Shown: piece by piece, positions 11,881 to 24,159 of the stretch
Layout: each line of letters opens with the position of its first letter
Position numbering within the stretch: the stretch's first letter is position 1
Source: Octopus sinensis
Lineage: Eukaryota
Direction of reading: 5' to 3'
Assembly (NCBI RefSeq): GCF_006345805.1
Contig: NC_043015.1
Span: 19,406,001-19,470,000, forward strand
DNA length: 64,000 nucleotides
Translations under genes and position numbers: made by a program
Notes under the pieces: model-generated
What the model saw: the letters and a program-made list of their open reading frames with translations, nothing else
The model's database searches: none
Told to the model about the DNA's origin: nothing

Positions 11881-14340
11881 CAACAACAAAGAAAACAAAT
11901 CATAAAACATCAAACACGCACCACTCCTAACTTTAACAACAATAACAGAACTTACAGACAGCACTATAACCCTATCAAAAGAACCCAGGCACCCACCAAC
12001 CCAAGACAAAACTTTACCAGACACTGTAGATCCCAGCCCACACAAAGAACCGTTCCAAAATCGGAGATTCCACCCATCACATAGGAATTCACCTCAAAAC
12101 CATGATTGTGGGTCCCAACCCAAACCGTTTCAGCATCGTAGATCCCACCCACCATAAAAGAATTCACCTCTAAACCACGATTGTAGGTTCCAACCCACTC
12201 TAAGGAACCAAAATTACACCCAGTACGCACAACCCAGACCCCAGAATAACCAAAGCTCTCTAGTAAGCCACACCAACAACCCAGACCCCGGAATAACCAA
12301 AACCCCTTTAGTAGGCAACACATCAATGGGGGAAAGACTAACACACACCAAAATACCGCAGACAGAAGAATCCCCAGAAATCATTTTTTAGACCAGGGCA
12401 ACAGGATCCACGACACCAGATAGTAAATACCAACCTTGAAAAACCAAAAATAGTGAATCTCTCAAACCTAAACCTGTCGACCCAACAAATCAGAATCCTT
12501 TCAAAAGGACTAAAATTCACTCCAACTCCACAATACCCTAACCTGAGTAAAATACAGGATGATGTCTCACACTTTTGCAGAAAATTACGCCTCACAGAGG
12601 AATTTCTTGACAAAGAAATCAATAACGACGAAACAATGGTTCATAACAAAAGCAGTTATAATCCCACAAAAGGCAGAAACAAAACTTCGGACAAATTTTG
12701 TGACTACATTTGAAACTTTCCTTATAGTGAACTTCCACAAACAAACCCAACAACAGTAAAAGGGAATGGGAAATCATCTATAAGTTACGAAACAATCATG
12801 ACTTCACAATCAAGGAAGCAGATAAGGGTAGTACTGTCGTCATTATGGATACTGAACAATACAAAAACTCTGTATTTCACCTTTTACAAGATACTACCTA
12901 CTATGAAAGAGTAGTCAACTACAAACAATCAAAAACAATGACCAAATTAAGCACACTCATTTGCCAACATCAAAACAACTTAACAGCAATGGAATGCAGC
13001 TACATAACAAACTTTAACTGCAAAACCAACATCCTCTACAGGCTTACAAAAATCCACAAGAGCAAAATTATTACCGAAGCTTGCAAAAAGTCTACTTCAA
13101 CCTGCATTACTGTGCCACATCCCACTGATTTCAAACTGAGACCAATTGTGGCAGGCCCAAACTGTGAAACACACAGATTAAGCAACTTTATCGATATCCT
13201 CTTAAAATCAATACTTAAACACATACCAAGTATTGTAAGAGATGACCCGGACCTATTAAATCGTCTCCCCAAACATACCAATAAAAACATTTTAATTATC
13301 TCCTTTCATGTAATAAACCTTTACACTATGATCCCACATGAATATGGACTGGAGGCCATAAAATTCTGGCTAGAAAAATACCCCAATGAAGTCCCGGAAA
13401 GGGTAAAAAAGAATTCATCATCGAGGGCCATAAGTTTATTCTCCAAAACAACTTTTTGAATTTTAATAATAACGCCTACAGACAGGTATCAGGGACTGCA
13501 ATGGGTACTAAAACCAACTGATTCCAAACAATACCTTCTGTTCACGTCCAATCACTCAAAGTACACGAAGACAAACATCCCCTTCAACCTAACGAGAAGA
13601 ATCTGTACTACTGTCTCAAATTATAGAACACGAAATAAAAGACTCCAAGAACTAAAGGCAATTCTTCTCAAAAGACATTACCCAGCATCATTAGTTGACA
13701 ATGGAATAGAACAGACCAAGACAATTACTATGTACCCAAGACTTACGAAAATTGAAACACACTCACGGTACAGTAAATAGTCTCCCCTATCTCTCAACAC
13801 ACAATCCAAGAAATGCAGAAGCTTACACAATTATATTCAAGAACATCCCACAGCTGAATCAAGACCCACGTCTAAAAAAGTGCTCGCAACCCATAAAATA
13901 ATAAAAAGCAAAAGACAACCCAAATCCCTAAAAGACCTCCTCCCCAATGCAAAATTACCCAACACAAGCCCACCACCCACCATAAAAAAATGTGGTCGTT
14001 CCAACTGCAGGACTTGCAGCCGCCTCGTTGAAGGAACAATATACAAATTCCAGTCGGGACACACTTTTGTCATAAAATATAACTACACCTGCGCATCAAA
14101 GAATTTACTTTATGCCATAAGGTGTGAAGGGTGTCACAAACGAAATTTACTCTCAGAGAAAGGATGACAGTTCACCACCAACAATTGAGGGATCCCAATT
14201 GAGGGCCCTTAGATTTCTGTGCACACAAGTCCCCCAAATTCCTAGTTTTCCCACTATACCAATGCCTAGACAATACCACTGACCAAATACGAATAAACAG
14301 GGAAAATAATATCATTCAAAAATATAGACCACAACTCAAC
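11881..14340 (+). mobile_element. Penelope-like element family 2 (RT, Cys-rich linker, GIY-YIG), decayed
   Basis: LSKGLKFTPTP, EADKGSTVVIMD, LRPIVAG, GTAMGT, then a deletion across YxDD, KPTDSKQYL, KCGRSNCRTC and LLYAIRCEGC. A 75-bp tandem repeat sits at about 12050-12200. Confidence 0.85.
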
Positions 14341-15565
14341 ATACTCTAACATACCCCCCAGGTACACATCAAAAACAAACACACACAGAAACACATACTG
14401 ATATACAAAATCACACACACACAAAAAACAATGCAAACCTCCGATGCAAACACACACACACAAACAATATCCCCACACTAGAGCACAAACCCACACACAT
14501 TCCAAGAAAAAAGACATACATATATAGACTTGCAATACGATTCTAGCAACCATAACCAACACTCACACACATATGTACACACGTAGATACACACACCACC
14601 CCAACAATTAAAAACCACATTCACACAAACACACCCACACATACACAAATACACACACACAAATACAACACAACCCACACAAACACACACGCATATATGC
14701 ACACATATGTACATACACAATATGCCCATTCCGCAGTAAAAAATCACACACACACACTCAAAAGAAAAATACACACATATACACCACAATACAATCCCAA
14801 CAACCACAAAAAATTTTCACAAACACACATACACACACACAATGACACACACCTCCCCGACAAATACAAGACACATAAACACACCCACACGTATACACAC
14901 ACTGCACTAACAATACAAACAAGACAAATCACTCGCAAATGCAGCACACACACACACATCCGGAAACTACATAAACCATACCCACATCTATACACACACA
15001 CACAAATGTATACTCAGTATCAACATACAAAAAACGCACGTGCACACACATACACACCACCCAGATAAACCCAACACACAGAACACCTGATAAATACAAC
15101 ACACTTACACACACACATACACACCCACGCATACATACGTATGAACCCTCACAAACATACGGTTGCTCACACACACAGACACCACAAGGACAATTAAAAC
15201 ACAAACATACTCAGACAGACACAACACACACTCACGTACACACACTCACGTACACACACATAACATCCCCACCCACACAAACATACACGTGCACACACAC
15301 AGACGCACACACACACATACACACGCGAACAAACACATACACACATATGCGCACACACAACACTCTAACAAATATTAATCACACACACAAAGGTGCACAC
15401 ATATACACACACCATCCAACCAAATATAAAACACACACAGACCCATTTACACACACCACAATAAACTCTGGGACCAATCAAAAACAGCCCACACACACAA
15501 ATACAAACACATGTATATACACACACACATAGAGATATGCACAGAGACACACATACTCACACCAT
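14340..15565. repeat. degenerate (AC)-rich low-complexity tract
   Basis: Directly visible. It follows the Penelope ORF and is probably its 3' UTR. Confidence 0.85.
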
Positions 15566-16170
15566 TCTGACCTCTGAGACCAGTCCCAAAAACCGCTGAA
15601 CCATGACAGACGAACCCAGAAACAAAAAATCCTTTTAATTCTACATTGTTCTTCCTTCTGCCCACCTCAACCAATCTCCCACACTGTCTCTTAAAATAGC
15701 AAAAACTCCTTAGCTACACACAAAATAAAAAATGGTAGGAAAACAGGTTGGTTCCTCTCAAATTCTTTGTAAACTCTTAAATATATCTCCTTCTCTGTAT
15801 ATATATATGTATATATATACTACCAAACAAAGATGATTTTTATTGAACTCCTAATACTTTTTTCTGTGTATGTATATAGATACTACCAAACAAACATGAC
15901 TTTAATTCAACTCCTAATACTTTTTATTGAATATTTTCTTAAATACTTTCTTGTAAACTGTTTTTAATATTTTGTTATTATCATAGAATGTATATATGTA
16001 TTTTAATACTTTTGTGACAACACAACAAAGCTTATACAAAGCTTTACATTTTACTTTTGACAATCTTTTTCTAAAAAAGTGACACCGGTCAAATGAATAA
16101 ACATCTTTAAAATAGCATCTTCAAACCTTCTTTCATATATATTTCCACTCGTGCGGTACCTTACAACTTC

Positions 16171-16665
16171 ACTATTAATTTCCAGTAACGCTGCCGTAAT
16201 CTCCTTTAGAGAGACTTAGTAATTTTAATATTTCTATTATTGAAAACAAGTGGATGCATTCCACTGAAACTAGGTAAATAAAGCCTTCGAACTGGAACGA
16301 TCAGTAGCGACACCAGCAAGTCTGACTACGCTGCATTGATAAGGGGCAACAACCCTGAAACATGTCTGTAGCTGTCTGACTGGCAGGATGAAGCGGCTGA
16401 CCTCCCTTGTTCGAAGGTTTGTAATGGACGCAGGTTGTGTGTCAAATAGCTAGCTTGAGGCGGTGGCCTCTTGGAGCTAATCAGCGACAGCTTTAGTCTT
16501 ATATTTATAAGACTGCCATATTAGTATGGCGATAACTATTAATTTCCAGTAACGCTGCCGTAATCTCCTTTAGAGAGACTTACTAATTTTAATATTTCTA
16601 TTATTGAAAACAAGTGGATGTATTCCACTGAAACTAGGTAAATAAAGCCTTCGAAATAGGACGAT
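16171..16665 (+). repeat. 5' terminal repeat, about 1.36 copies of a 364-bp unit
   Basis: ACTATTAATTTCCAGTAACG starts at 16171 and again at 16535 (period 364). The unit ends with AATAAA. Confidence 0.95.
16319..16381 (+). ncRNA. type I hammerhead ribozyme, U3:A8 core variant
   Basis: GCTGCA [TTGATAA] GGGG-CAACAA-CCCT [GAA] ACATGT C/TGTAGC. Stem I has 6 bp plus extension AGTC/GACT and GAC/GTC. Stem III is palindromic. Predicted cut after 16366. Confidence 0.8.
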
Positions 16666-16821
16666 AGGTAGCGACGCCCGGTTTTTGTTTTTTGGTGACG
16701 GAGATTTCTGATTGCGTTATTCGTGTGTAGCTGTATTTTTTTGGCGTCGGAAAAATTTTGACTACGTTATTGTGGTGTCGCGGTTCGTGAGATCGAATCC
16801 GGCGGTGGAAGTTGTTACGGC

Positions 16822-18130
16822 GTGGTGAAGGGCCTGGTTGCAAACGAATTGCAGTTAGAAGAAGTCATCGTCGAGAAGGAGACGTTGAACAAGTATTTCG
16901 ACAGTTTGAAGAAGGAGGGTGACTGTGTGAAGGTCACACCACCTGAAGAAGAAGCGGAGAAACGGATTATAACGTACAAAACATGGAGCGTGACTTCTAA
17001 AAAAATAGAAGTGGCACCGATAGAGGAAGTTGAATGCTGTCTTAAAGGAATAGAAGGAGAGTCTACCTACTATAACAGAGGTAGAAAGTTCGCAACGGTG
17101 GTCGTCCACTTTAAAAGTGAAGACGAGGCGAAGAAGAACGCAACGAAAATTTTAAAAACTGATAGATGGATGTGTTTACCAAGCTACTGCGGGAAAAGGG
17201 CAGTAAGAATTAGAATAAGCAAGATTTCGCCCGAACTAAATATGGAAAGGATTTTAGCAGCAGTGGTGTTTAACTGCAAAGAAAACGTGGAAATATTGAA
17301 AGTCGAAAAACCAAAAGATGTAAAGTGGTGGGGTTATGCAGTGCAGGCGTTAGTCCACATTACAATGCCTGACCTGTATAACATCCCGGAGGAGTTGGTG
17401 TTGCCCGACGAGACACGTCTCAGAGTCGTGGTGGAAGGGAGACCTCCAGTGTGTTACAAATGCAAAATAAGAGGCCACATGAAGGATGTGTGTCCGCTGG
17501 GAGAAATGCAGGAGAAAACGATAGCACTGGAGACTTTAACGAATGAGTTGCAAAATGCGTGTGTGGAGGAGGGAGAAATCGTTACTACAGATAATGCGGA
17601 AAGTGGTGAAGAGTTGGAGAAAGAAAATAGAAAAAGAACGCGGGTGGAATCACCACCTAAAGAACAAAAAAAAGAAGAAGAAAAAAGCGAAAAATAAGAT
17701 TACTGACGAGAAGGAAAACCGAACGGGAGAAGAGGATACAAAAGCGGAAGGGAGTGAACCGCTAAAACTAACAGCAGAGGAAGAATAGGACAGAAGAATG
17801 AAAGAGCAGTTGAGAGTTTGTAAGAGAGGAGGAAGACCCAAGGGAAAGAAACACAGAGTGGTAATGTTATACGACAAGGACAAAAATACGGAAAAGATGT
17901 TGCCAGGTAGGAAAGACTTAATTAGAGTAAAGTTGACCCCAGGAATATTTGATAAATTTTGGAAGGCGGTAATCGTGGAGAAAGAGATAGTACGCAAAAT
18001 GAATGAATATAGCGCATTTGAATGGTTATATTTACGTTATGACACCTTACCAGCTGATGTGGATCAGGATGGCTTAATAGAGTATATAACAGATGAAAGA
18101 CCAGTCTATGCAGACGAGTACCCGACGTAG
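16822..18130 (+). pseudogene. ORF1/gag-like nucleic-acid-binding protein with CCHC knuckle, copy 1
   Basis: RVVVEGRPPVCYKCKIRGHMKDVCP (CX2CX4HX4C) after an RRM-like region. Lesions: about 58-nt deletion removing the ATG, +1 A at 17666-17673, TGG>TAG at 17786-17788. Confidence 0.8.
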
Positions 18131-18530
18131 CAGAGTAATATATGTAATTGTAAAATTGTAAATTGTAAAATTGTATTTTAAATGAAACTGCGAGTTTTGG
18201 GGGGCTTGTAAGCCGTTCCATCTAATCCATTATAAATATCCATTTCAATTCATAATTTTCGATTTTTTTAACTTTATGTACCCCACGTCCTGTCTTGTAA
18301 TGTCCCCTCTTAATTCGGGCCTTAGTGCCTATAATAAAGATTTCAGTAGCGACACCTGCTTTTTGAATTTTGGTGTAGGATATTTCGGATTACGTTACTG
18401 GTGTGTAGCTGTATTTTTTTGGCGTCGGAAAAATTTTGACTACGTTATTGTGGTGTCGCGGTTCGTGAGATCGAATCCGGTGGTGGAAGTTGTTGCGGCG
18501 TGGGGGAGTTTTTGAGATTTTTTCTCGAAA

Positions 18531-19678
18531 ATGGAAACTCAGACCTATGCGGATGCAGCAGGCAAGGGCTTGGTTGCGAACGAATTGCAGTTAGAAGAAT
18601 TCATCGTCGAGAAGGAGACTTTGAACAAGTATTTCGACAGCTTGAAGAGGGAGGGTAACTGTGTGAAGGTCACACCACCCGAAGAAGAAGCGGAGAAACG
18701 GATTATAACGTACAAAACGTGGAGCGTGACTTCGAAAAAGATAGAAGTGGCACCGATAGAGGAAGTTGGATGCTGTCTTAAAGGAATAGAAGGAGAGTCT
18801 ACCTACTACAACAGAGGTAGAAAGTTCGCAACGGTGGTCGTCCACTTTAAAAGTGAAGACGAGGCGAAGAAGAACGCAACGAAAATTTTAAAAACTGATA
18901 GATGTGTTTACCAAGCTACTGCGGGAAAAGGGCAGTAAGAATAAGAATAAGCAAGATTTCGCCCGAACTAAATATGGAAAGGATTTTAGCAGCAGTGGTG
19001 TTTAACTGCAAAGAAAACGTGGAAATATTGAAAGTCGAAAAATCAAAAGATGTAAAGTGGTGGGGTTATGCAGTGCAGGCGTTAGTCCACGTTACAATGC
19101 CTGACCTGTATAACATCCCGGAGGAGTTGGTGTTGCCCGACGAGACACGTCTCAGAGTCGTGGTGGAGGGGAGACTCCCAGTGTGTTACAAATGCAAAAT
19201 AAGAGGCCACATGAAGGATGTGTGTCCGCTGGGAGAAGTGCAGGAGAAAACGATAGCACTGGAGACTTTAACGAATGAGTTGCAAGATGCGTGTGTGGAG
19301 GAGGGAGAAATCGTTACTACAGATAGTGCAGAAAGTGGTGAAGAGTTGGAGAAAGAAAATAGAAAAAGAACGCTGGTGGAATCACCACCTAAAGAACAAA
19401 AAAAGAAGAAGAAAAAAGCGAAAAATAAGATTACTGACGAGAAGGAAAACCGAACGGGAGAAGAGGATACAAAAGCGGAAGGGAGTGAACCGCTAAAACT
19501 AACAGCAGAGGAAGAATGGGACAGAAGAATGAAAGAGCTGTTGAAAGCTTGTAAGAGAGGAGGAAGACCCACGGGAAAGAAACACAGAGTGGTAATGTTA
19601 TACGACAAGGACAAGAATACGGAAAATATGTTGGCAGGTAGGAAAGGCGTAATTAGAGTAAAGTTGAACCCAGGAATA
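18531..19678 (+). pseudogene. ORF1/gag-like protein copy 2, 5' part (about 445 aa when repaired)
   Basis: ATG METQTYADAAG. A 4-bp deletion at about 18903 shifts the frame. The Gypsy interrupts at ..KLNPGI. Confidence 0.82.
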
Positions 19679-20083
19679 TGTAGTGATGCTACTGTGTAGG
19701 GTTCAGCGCGCATGCGCAGAATGGGACTACTTCCGGATGGCCACCGGAAGTCTTCCCCATGCGCATGTGCGGGAAACGTTCCCTTACCCGCCAAACTCAA
19801 ATCTTTCTCTCCGGCAAGCCAGCTCATCGCGATCGGACGTACATTCAACAGGCTCTGACAACCTCACCGACATAGCTGCCAACGACCATCAACAAACTAA
19901 CAAGAAGCTGTACATCAGAGGCTGTCCTTCTCCCATCAGACACACGTACGACATCGCAATAAATAAACGAACTGCTGTCTTTTACCTACAACCTGACTTC
20001 GTCTGTATTGTCTTATAAAATTGCATGTGACTAGATCGGATATCGACACCCTTTCAGTGAATCGATAACAGATCCTCGTTACA
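19679..20083 (+). repeat. 5' LTR
   Basis: Differs from the 3' LTR by 5 transitions in 405 bp (counted by eye). Confidence 0.97.
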
Positions 20084-20085
20084 AT

Positions 20086-20095
20086 TGGTGACCCC
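20086..20095 (+). promoter_or_regulatory. primer binding site complementary to tRNA-Trp 3' end
   Basis: TGGTGACCCC, 2 nt after the LTR, complements the tRNA-Trp 3' end ..GGGGTCACCA. Confidence 0.75.
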
Positions 20096-20490
20096 AAGCT
20101 GAAAAAAAAAGAACAGAACAGAAGACGCAGCGAACAGGCTTTTTCCAGATTGAGCACTGAACATTCATTTTTTTTCATTTTTTCTCTTCTTTCAGTACGG
20201 TGAGGTGGGTACAAACAAGCTTATTCATCGCACTCAGTACACAAAAAAAAGAAGAAAAAAAAGAAAACACACATACATTCATTTTTTTTCCTTTTCTGTG
20301 TTTTGTTTTCCTTTGTACACACACACACTTATTTTTTGCTACCCACGAGGTGCACTCACACACACAACAGTACACAAAACACCATTTTGATTTGCTTTGT
20401 CGGTTCCACGTGTTCTCTCTCCATTTCTCGATCATACCTTCTGCCCCTTTCTGACAGATTCCTTCCGACAAAAACATTGCTGCATCAAGT

Positions 20491-20775
20491 TTGCCTCATT
20501 CACAAACATTTGAATTTTCGCTACCATCTCCCTCGCGGGGCCTGTACTCATGTACAGAGCCACCTCCGACGAACGATAAACTAGCCGAGAAGATCGATGC
20601 GCTTACGCAGAGAATCGACGAGCTGTGCCGTGCGATCGGGCGCCAATCTCGAAGTAGCTCTATTTCCCGTAGTCGGAGTGACTCTCGTTCCGGCTGGTGC
20701 TGGTACCATTCGAAGTATGCCGAAAAGACAGATCGGTGTACCCAGCCGTGCACTTTCAAGCCCTCGGAAAACTAA
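20491..20775 (+). pseudogene. Gypsy gag C-terminal remnant with CHCC motif
   Basis: [24 protein letters not shown], overlapping pol in the -1 frame. Confidence 0.8.
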
Positions 20776-22619
20776 ATCCGGAGGAGGTGAGCACGTCACT
20801 TTCTTCCATCTCGTTTCCCAAACATCGTGCATTCTTTGTAAAAGAACTGGTGTCGAAGAAATTCTTCATGGTGGACACCGGCTCCTGTTGCAGCATCTGG
20901 CCCCTTCGTCTGGCTGCAGACAAGCCCAAGCGCTCTTCAATCGTCTTGCATGCTATTGACTCGTCTCTCATAACCACTTACGGTCAGATTTCGCTGCGCC
21001 TCGACCTCAACCTTCGTCGAGACTTTCAATGGGTTTTCGTCATCGCTGACATCCCGCATCCTATTCTCGGCACTGATTTCCTGGATAGGTTTAATCTATT
21101 GGTGGATGTCAGGCGTCGGAGGCTTCTTGATAGCACGACGTCGCTCTCTACACCGACTGGGAGTTCCACCACTGCGGTCCTTAGCCCGACATTCTTTGTT
21201 GCCACATCTGGAGACCCTTTTCACTGTCTTTTGGTTTCATTTCCGGAGCTAGTGGACATTGCCTTTAAACCGGAAAAGCCTACCCACTCGACCCTCCATT
21301 TCATCACCACAACTGGGCCGCCTGTATTTTCACGCCCACGGCGCCTTGCGCCACACCGACTAAAAACAGCCAGGGCCAAGTTTGAGCACATGCTTCCACT
21401 TGGCCTTATACGCCCCTCCACCAGCCCATGGGCATCTCCCCTTCATTTGGCGCGAAAGGGCGAGTCTGATTTTCGCCCGGTAGGAGACTATCGACGCCTC
21501 AATGCCATCACAATAGCCGACCGCTATCCGATTAGAAATCTGCGGGACTTTACGGCAAATCTCCATGGTTGTACCATTTTTTCGAAGGTCGACCTTATAC
21601 GCGCGTACCATCAAATACCGGTCAACCCAGCCGACGTTCCGAAAACTGCGATCACTACCCCCTTTGGGTGTTTTGAGTTTTTATATATGAGGTTCGGTTT
21701 GCGGAATGCTACTAGCACTTTCCAGCGTTTCATTGATGAGGTTGTCCGCGGTCTTGATTTTGTGTTTGCCTATGTCGATGATATACTCATTGCGAGCGAC
21801 ACACGTGAAAGTCATCTCCAGCACCTTTCTCAGCTTTTTCAGCATCTTCGCGCTTATAGTATACGTATAAATCCCGACAAGTGTTTTCGGACGCTCTCCC
21901 TAGATTTTCTAGACCATCATATTGATTCGAGTGGAATCAGCCCTCTCTCGTCAAAAGTCGATGCCATTCAACGCATCGCACCCCCCACTTCCTTGCGCCA
22001 GCTCAGGCATTATCTAGGGATGATCAATTTCTACAGACGTTTTATTCCCGGTTGTGCAGATAAGCTGCTACCTCTCACCAGGCTATTAAAGGACTCTCCT
22101 AGAAAGGACAGTCAAGTCACCCTCTCTGTTGAGGCACTGACAGCCTTTGAGTCCATTAAGAAGGAGCTGGCTTCTGTTTCTTTGCTTGCATATCCAGTTC
22201 CTGGTGCTTCTCTCTCTTTGACTGTGGACGCATCGGACACTGCGATTGACGCTGTGTTACAACACACAGTGGATGATCATATTCGACCTCTAGCTTTCTT
22301 TTCCCGTCAACTGCAACCAGCTGAACGACGATACAGCACCTTTGATCGTGAGCTCCTAGCGATCTATCTATCGGTTCGTCATTTCCAGCATCAACTTGAA
22401 GGGCAAGATTTTGTGATCTATACGGATCACAAGCCCCTTACGTTTACCCTGTGTTCAAAAACGGACAAACTCTCACCCCGTGCTTTTCGGCACCTGGATT
22501 TTATCTCTCAATTCACTAGCGACATTCGACACATACCTGGAAAAGAGAACGTTCCTGCTGACGCTCTCTCTCTCCCCTTCCAGTTTGCGCCCTTTCGTCT
22601 CCTGCTGCTATCGACTTAG
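20697..22619 (+). CDS. Gypsy pol: protease, RT, RNase H (frameshifted before integrase)
   Basis: [40 protein letters not shown]. Frame slips in a (CT)n run at about 22565-22580. Confidence 0.92.
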   Translation: MLVPFEVCRKDRSVYPAVHFQALGKLNPEEVSTSLSSISFPKHRAFFVKELVSKKFFMVDTGSCCSIWPLRLAADKPKRSSIVLHAIDSSLITTYGQISLRLDLNLRRDFQWVFVIADIPHPILGTDFLDRFNLLVDVRRRRLLDSTTSLSTPTGSSTTAVLSPTFFVATSGDPFHCLLVSFPELVDIAFKPEKPTHSTLHFITTTGPPVFSRPRRLAPHRLKTARAKFEHMLPLGLIRPSTSPWASPLHLARKGESDFRPVGDYRRLNAITIADRYPIRNLRDFTANLHGCTIFSKVDLIRAYHQIPVNPADVPKTAITTPFGCFEFLYMRFGLRNATSTFQRFIDEVVRGLDFVFAYVDDILIASDTRESHLQHLSQLFQHLRAYSIRINPDKCFRTLSLDFLDHHIDSSGISPLSSKVDAIQRIAPPTSLRQLRHYLGMINFYRRFIPGCADKLLPLTRLLKDSPRKDSQVTLSVEALTAFESIKKELASVSLLAYPVPGASLSLTVDASDTAIDAVLQHTVDDHIRPLAFFSRQLQPAERRYSTFDRELLAIYLSVRHFQHQLEGQDFVIYTDHKPLTFTLCSKTDKLSPRAFRHLDFISQFTSDIRHIPGKENVPADALSLPFQFAPFRLLLLST

Positions 22620-22645
22620 CTGCCATCTCGCAGGAGCAGCCACCT

Positions 22646-24030
22646 TTGGCGTCGTTATACTTAACTTCTCCCAAGTTCTCCTATTGCCAGTTTTCCTACC
22701 TTCCGCTTCCGTCAGCCGAAGGCACCATTCTTTGTGATACTTCCACTGGTTCTCCCAGGCCACTCGTGCCTGAGAATCATCAACGCTCAGTGTTTGAAGC
22801 ACTGCACTCCTTATCACATCCTGGCATCGCTGCCACCCTTAAACTAATCACTGCTCGGTTTTTCTGGCCGAATATGCGTCGCACTGTTACTTCTCGGATA
22901 CGCACCTGCTCCAAGTGTCAACGATCCAAGATTCAACGGCACGTTCGTGCCCCGCTTGGACAATTTCCCCCCACGAAGGCCCGTTTTCGCCATGTCCACA
23001 TCGATCTGGTTGGACCATGGCCTGTGAGTCGCGGGTTCTCTTATCTGTTAACTTGTGTCGATCGCTTCTCCCGCTGGCCAGAAGCCATTCCGATAGCAGA
23101 CATTTCTGCTGAGACTGTTGCGCGAGCCTTCGTTTCAAACTGGATTTCTCGCTTCGGAGTCCCGTCCCGATTGACAACTGATCGTGGACGTCAGTTTGAA
23201 GCCTCGCTATTTCGCGAATTGTCGCGAATTTTAGGTGTGCACCATATCCACACTACAAGCTACCATCCAGCGTCTAATGGATTAGTTGAGCGGTTCCATA
23301 GACAGCTCAAGGCCGCTCTTCGTGCCTCTTCAGACCCACAGTCCTGGATTGAATTTCTGCCCATTGTGCTTCTCGGCTGTCGGACTGCTGTCAAGGCAGA
23401 CCTGGGGTTTTCTGCTGCAGAGCTGCTGCATGGTACCACACTGGCATTGCCTGGTACGATGTTGGTGCCAGACACTTCCCAGCCCCATGATCCGGCGACC
23501 TATGTCACCAGACTGCGTGCATACTTTTCGAGCCTTCCACCCATGGTTCCCAGAAAGCAATCTCCACCGTCCCATCTTCCACCGGATATGAACACCTGGT
23601 CGCATGTTTTTGTTCGGGACGACTCTGTCAAGGGACCACTTGTTTCTCCCTATAAAGGACCTTTCCGTGTGCTTTCTCGCACACCAAAGGTCTTCACGAT
23701 TGAGATAAATGGTCGTTCGGAGACCGTTTCCGTGGACCGTTTAAAAAAAGCACATTTTGAGACGTCTTCATCTTTTGATGACAACCTTGACACACCCACC
23801 TTTAACAAGACCTTCACCTGCACAAACGCCTTCACCTGCACAAACACCTTCACCTGCACAAACGCCTTCACCTGCACAAACACCTTCACCTGCACAGACG
23901 CCTTTGCCTTCACCGGCTCCTACAAAACCACCCTCGCCGTCAACGGGTGCCCCGAGCTAACCGTATGTTACAAAATCGGGCAGAACAGTGCATTGGCCCA
24001 AGAAACTTTCAAAGACAATCTACATTTAAC
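22646..24030 (+). CDS. Gypsy integrase (HHCC, DDE, GPY/F), C-terminal tail frameshifted
   Basis: [41 protein letters not shown]. The true tail is in another frame (PSPAQT repeats, stop, [13 protein letters not shown]). Confidence 0.88.
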
Positions 24031-24147
24031 TTTCTTTCAAATTTTTCTTGTTGTATGATATTATGTACCAAGTCTTCTGGGGGATCGGCAAGCCTTCTGT
24101 TTTCTGCAGCACCACCACAAATTTTCTTGTTGTCGTACTTCGCACTC

Positions 24148-24158
24148 GAAGGGGAGCC
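24148..24158 (+). promoter_or_regulatory. polypurine tract
   Basis: GAAGGGGAG just upstream of the 3' LTR. Confidence 0.75.
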
Positions 24159-24159
24159 T

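Noticed and set aside
16065-16105. CTAAAAAAG-TGAC-ACCG-GTCA possible decayed hammerhead
   Set aside because: The core and GAAA are too degenerate.
19683-20018. 111-aa ORF duplicated at 24164-24499 and antisense ORFs across the LTRs
   Set aside because: They are incidental frames in LTR sequence, with no domain signal.
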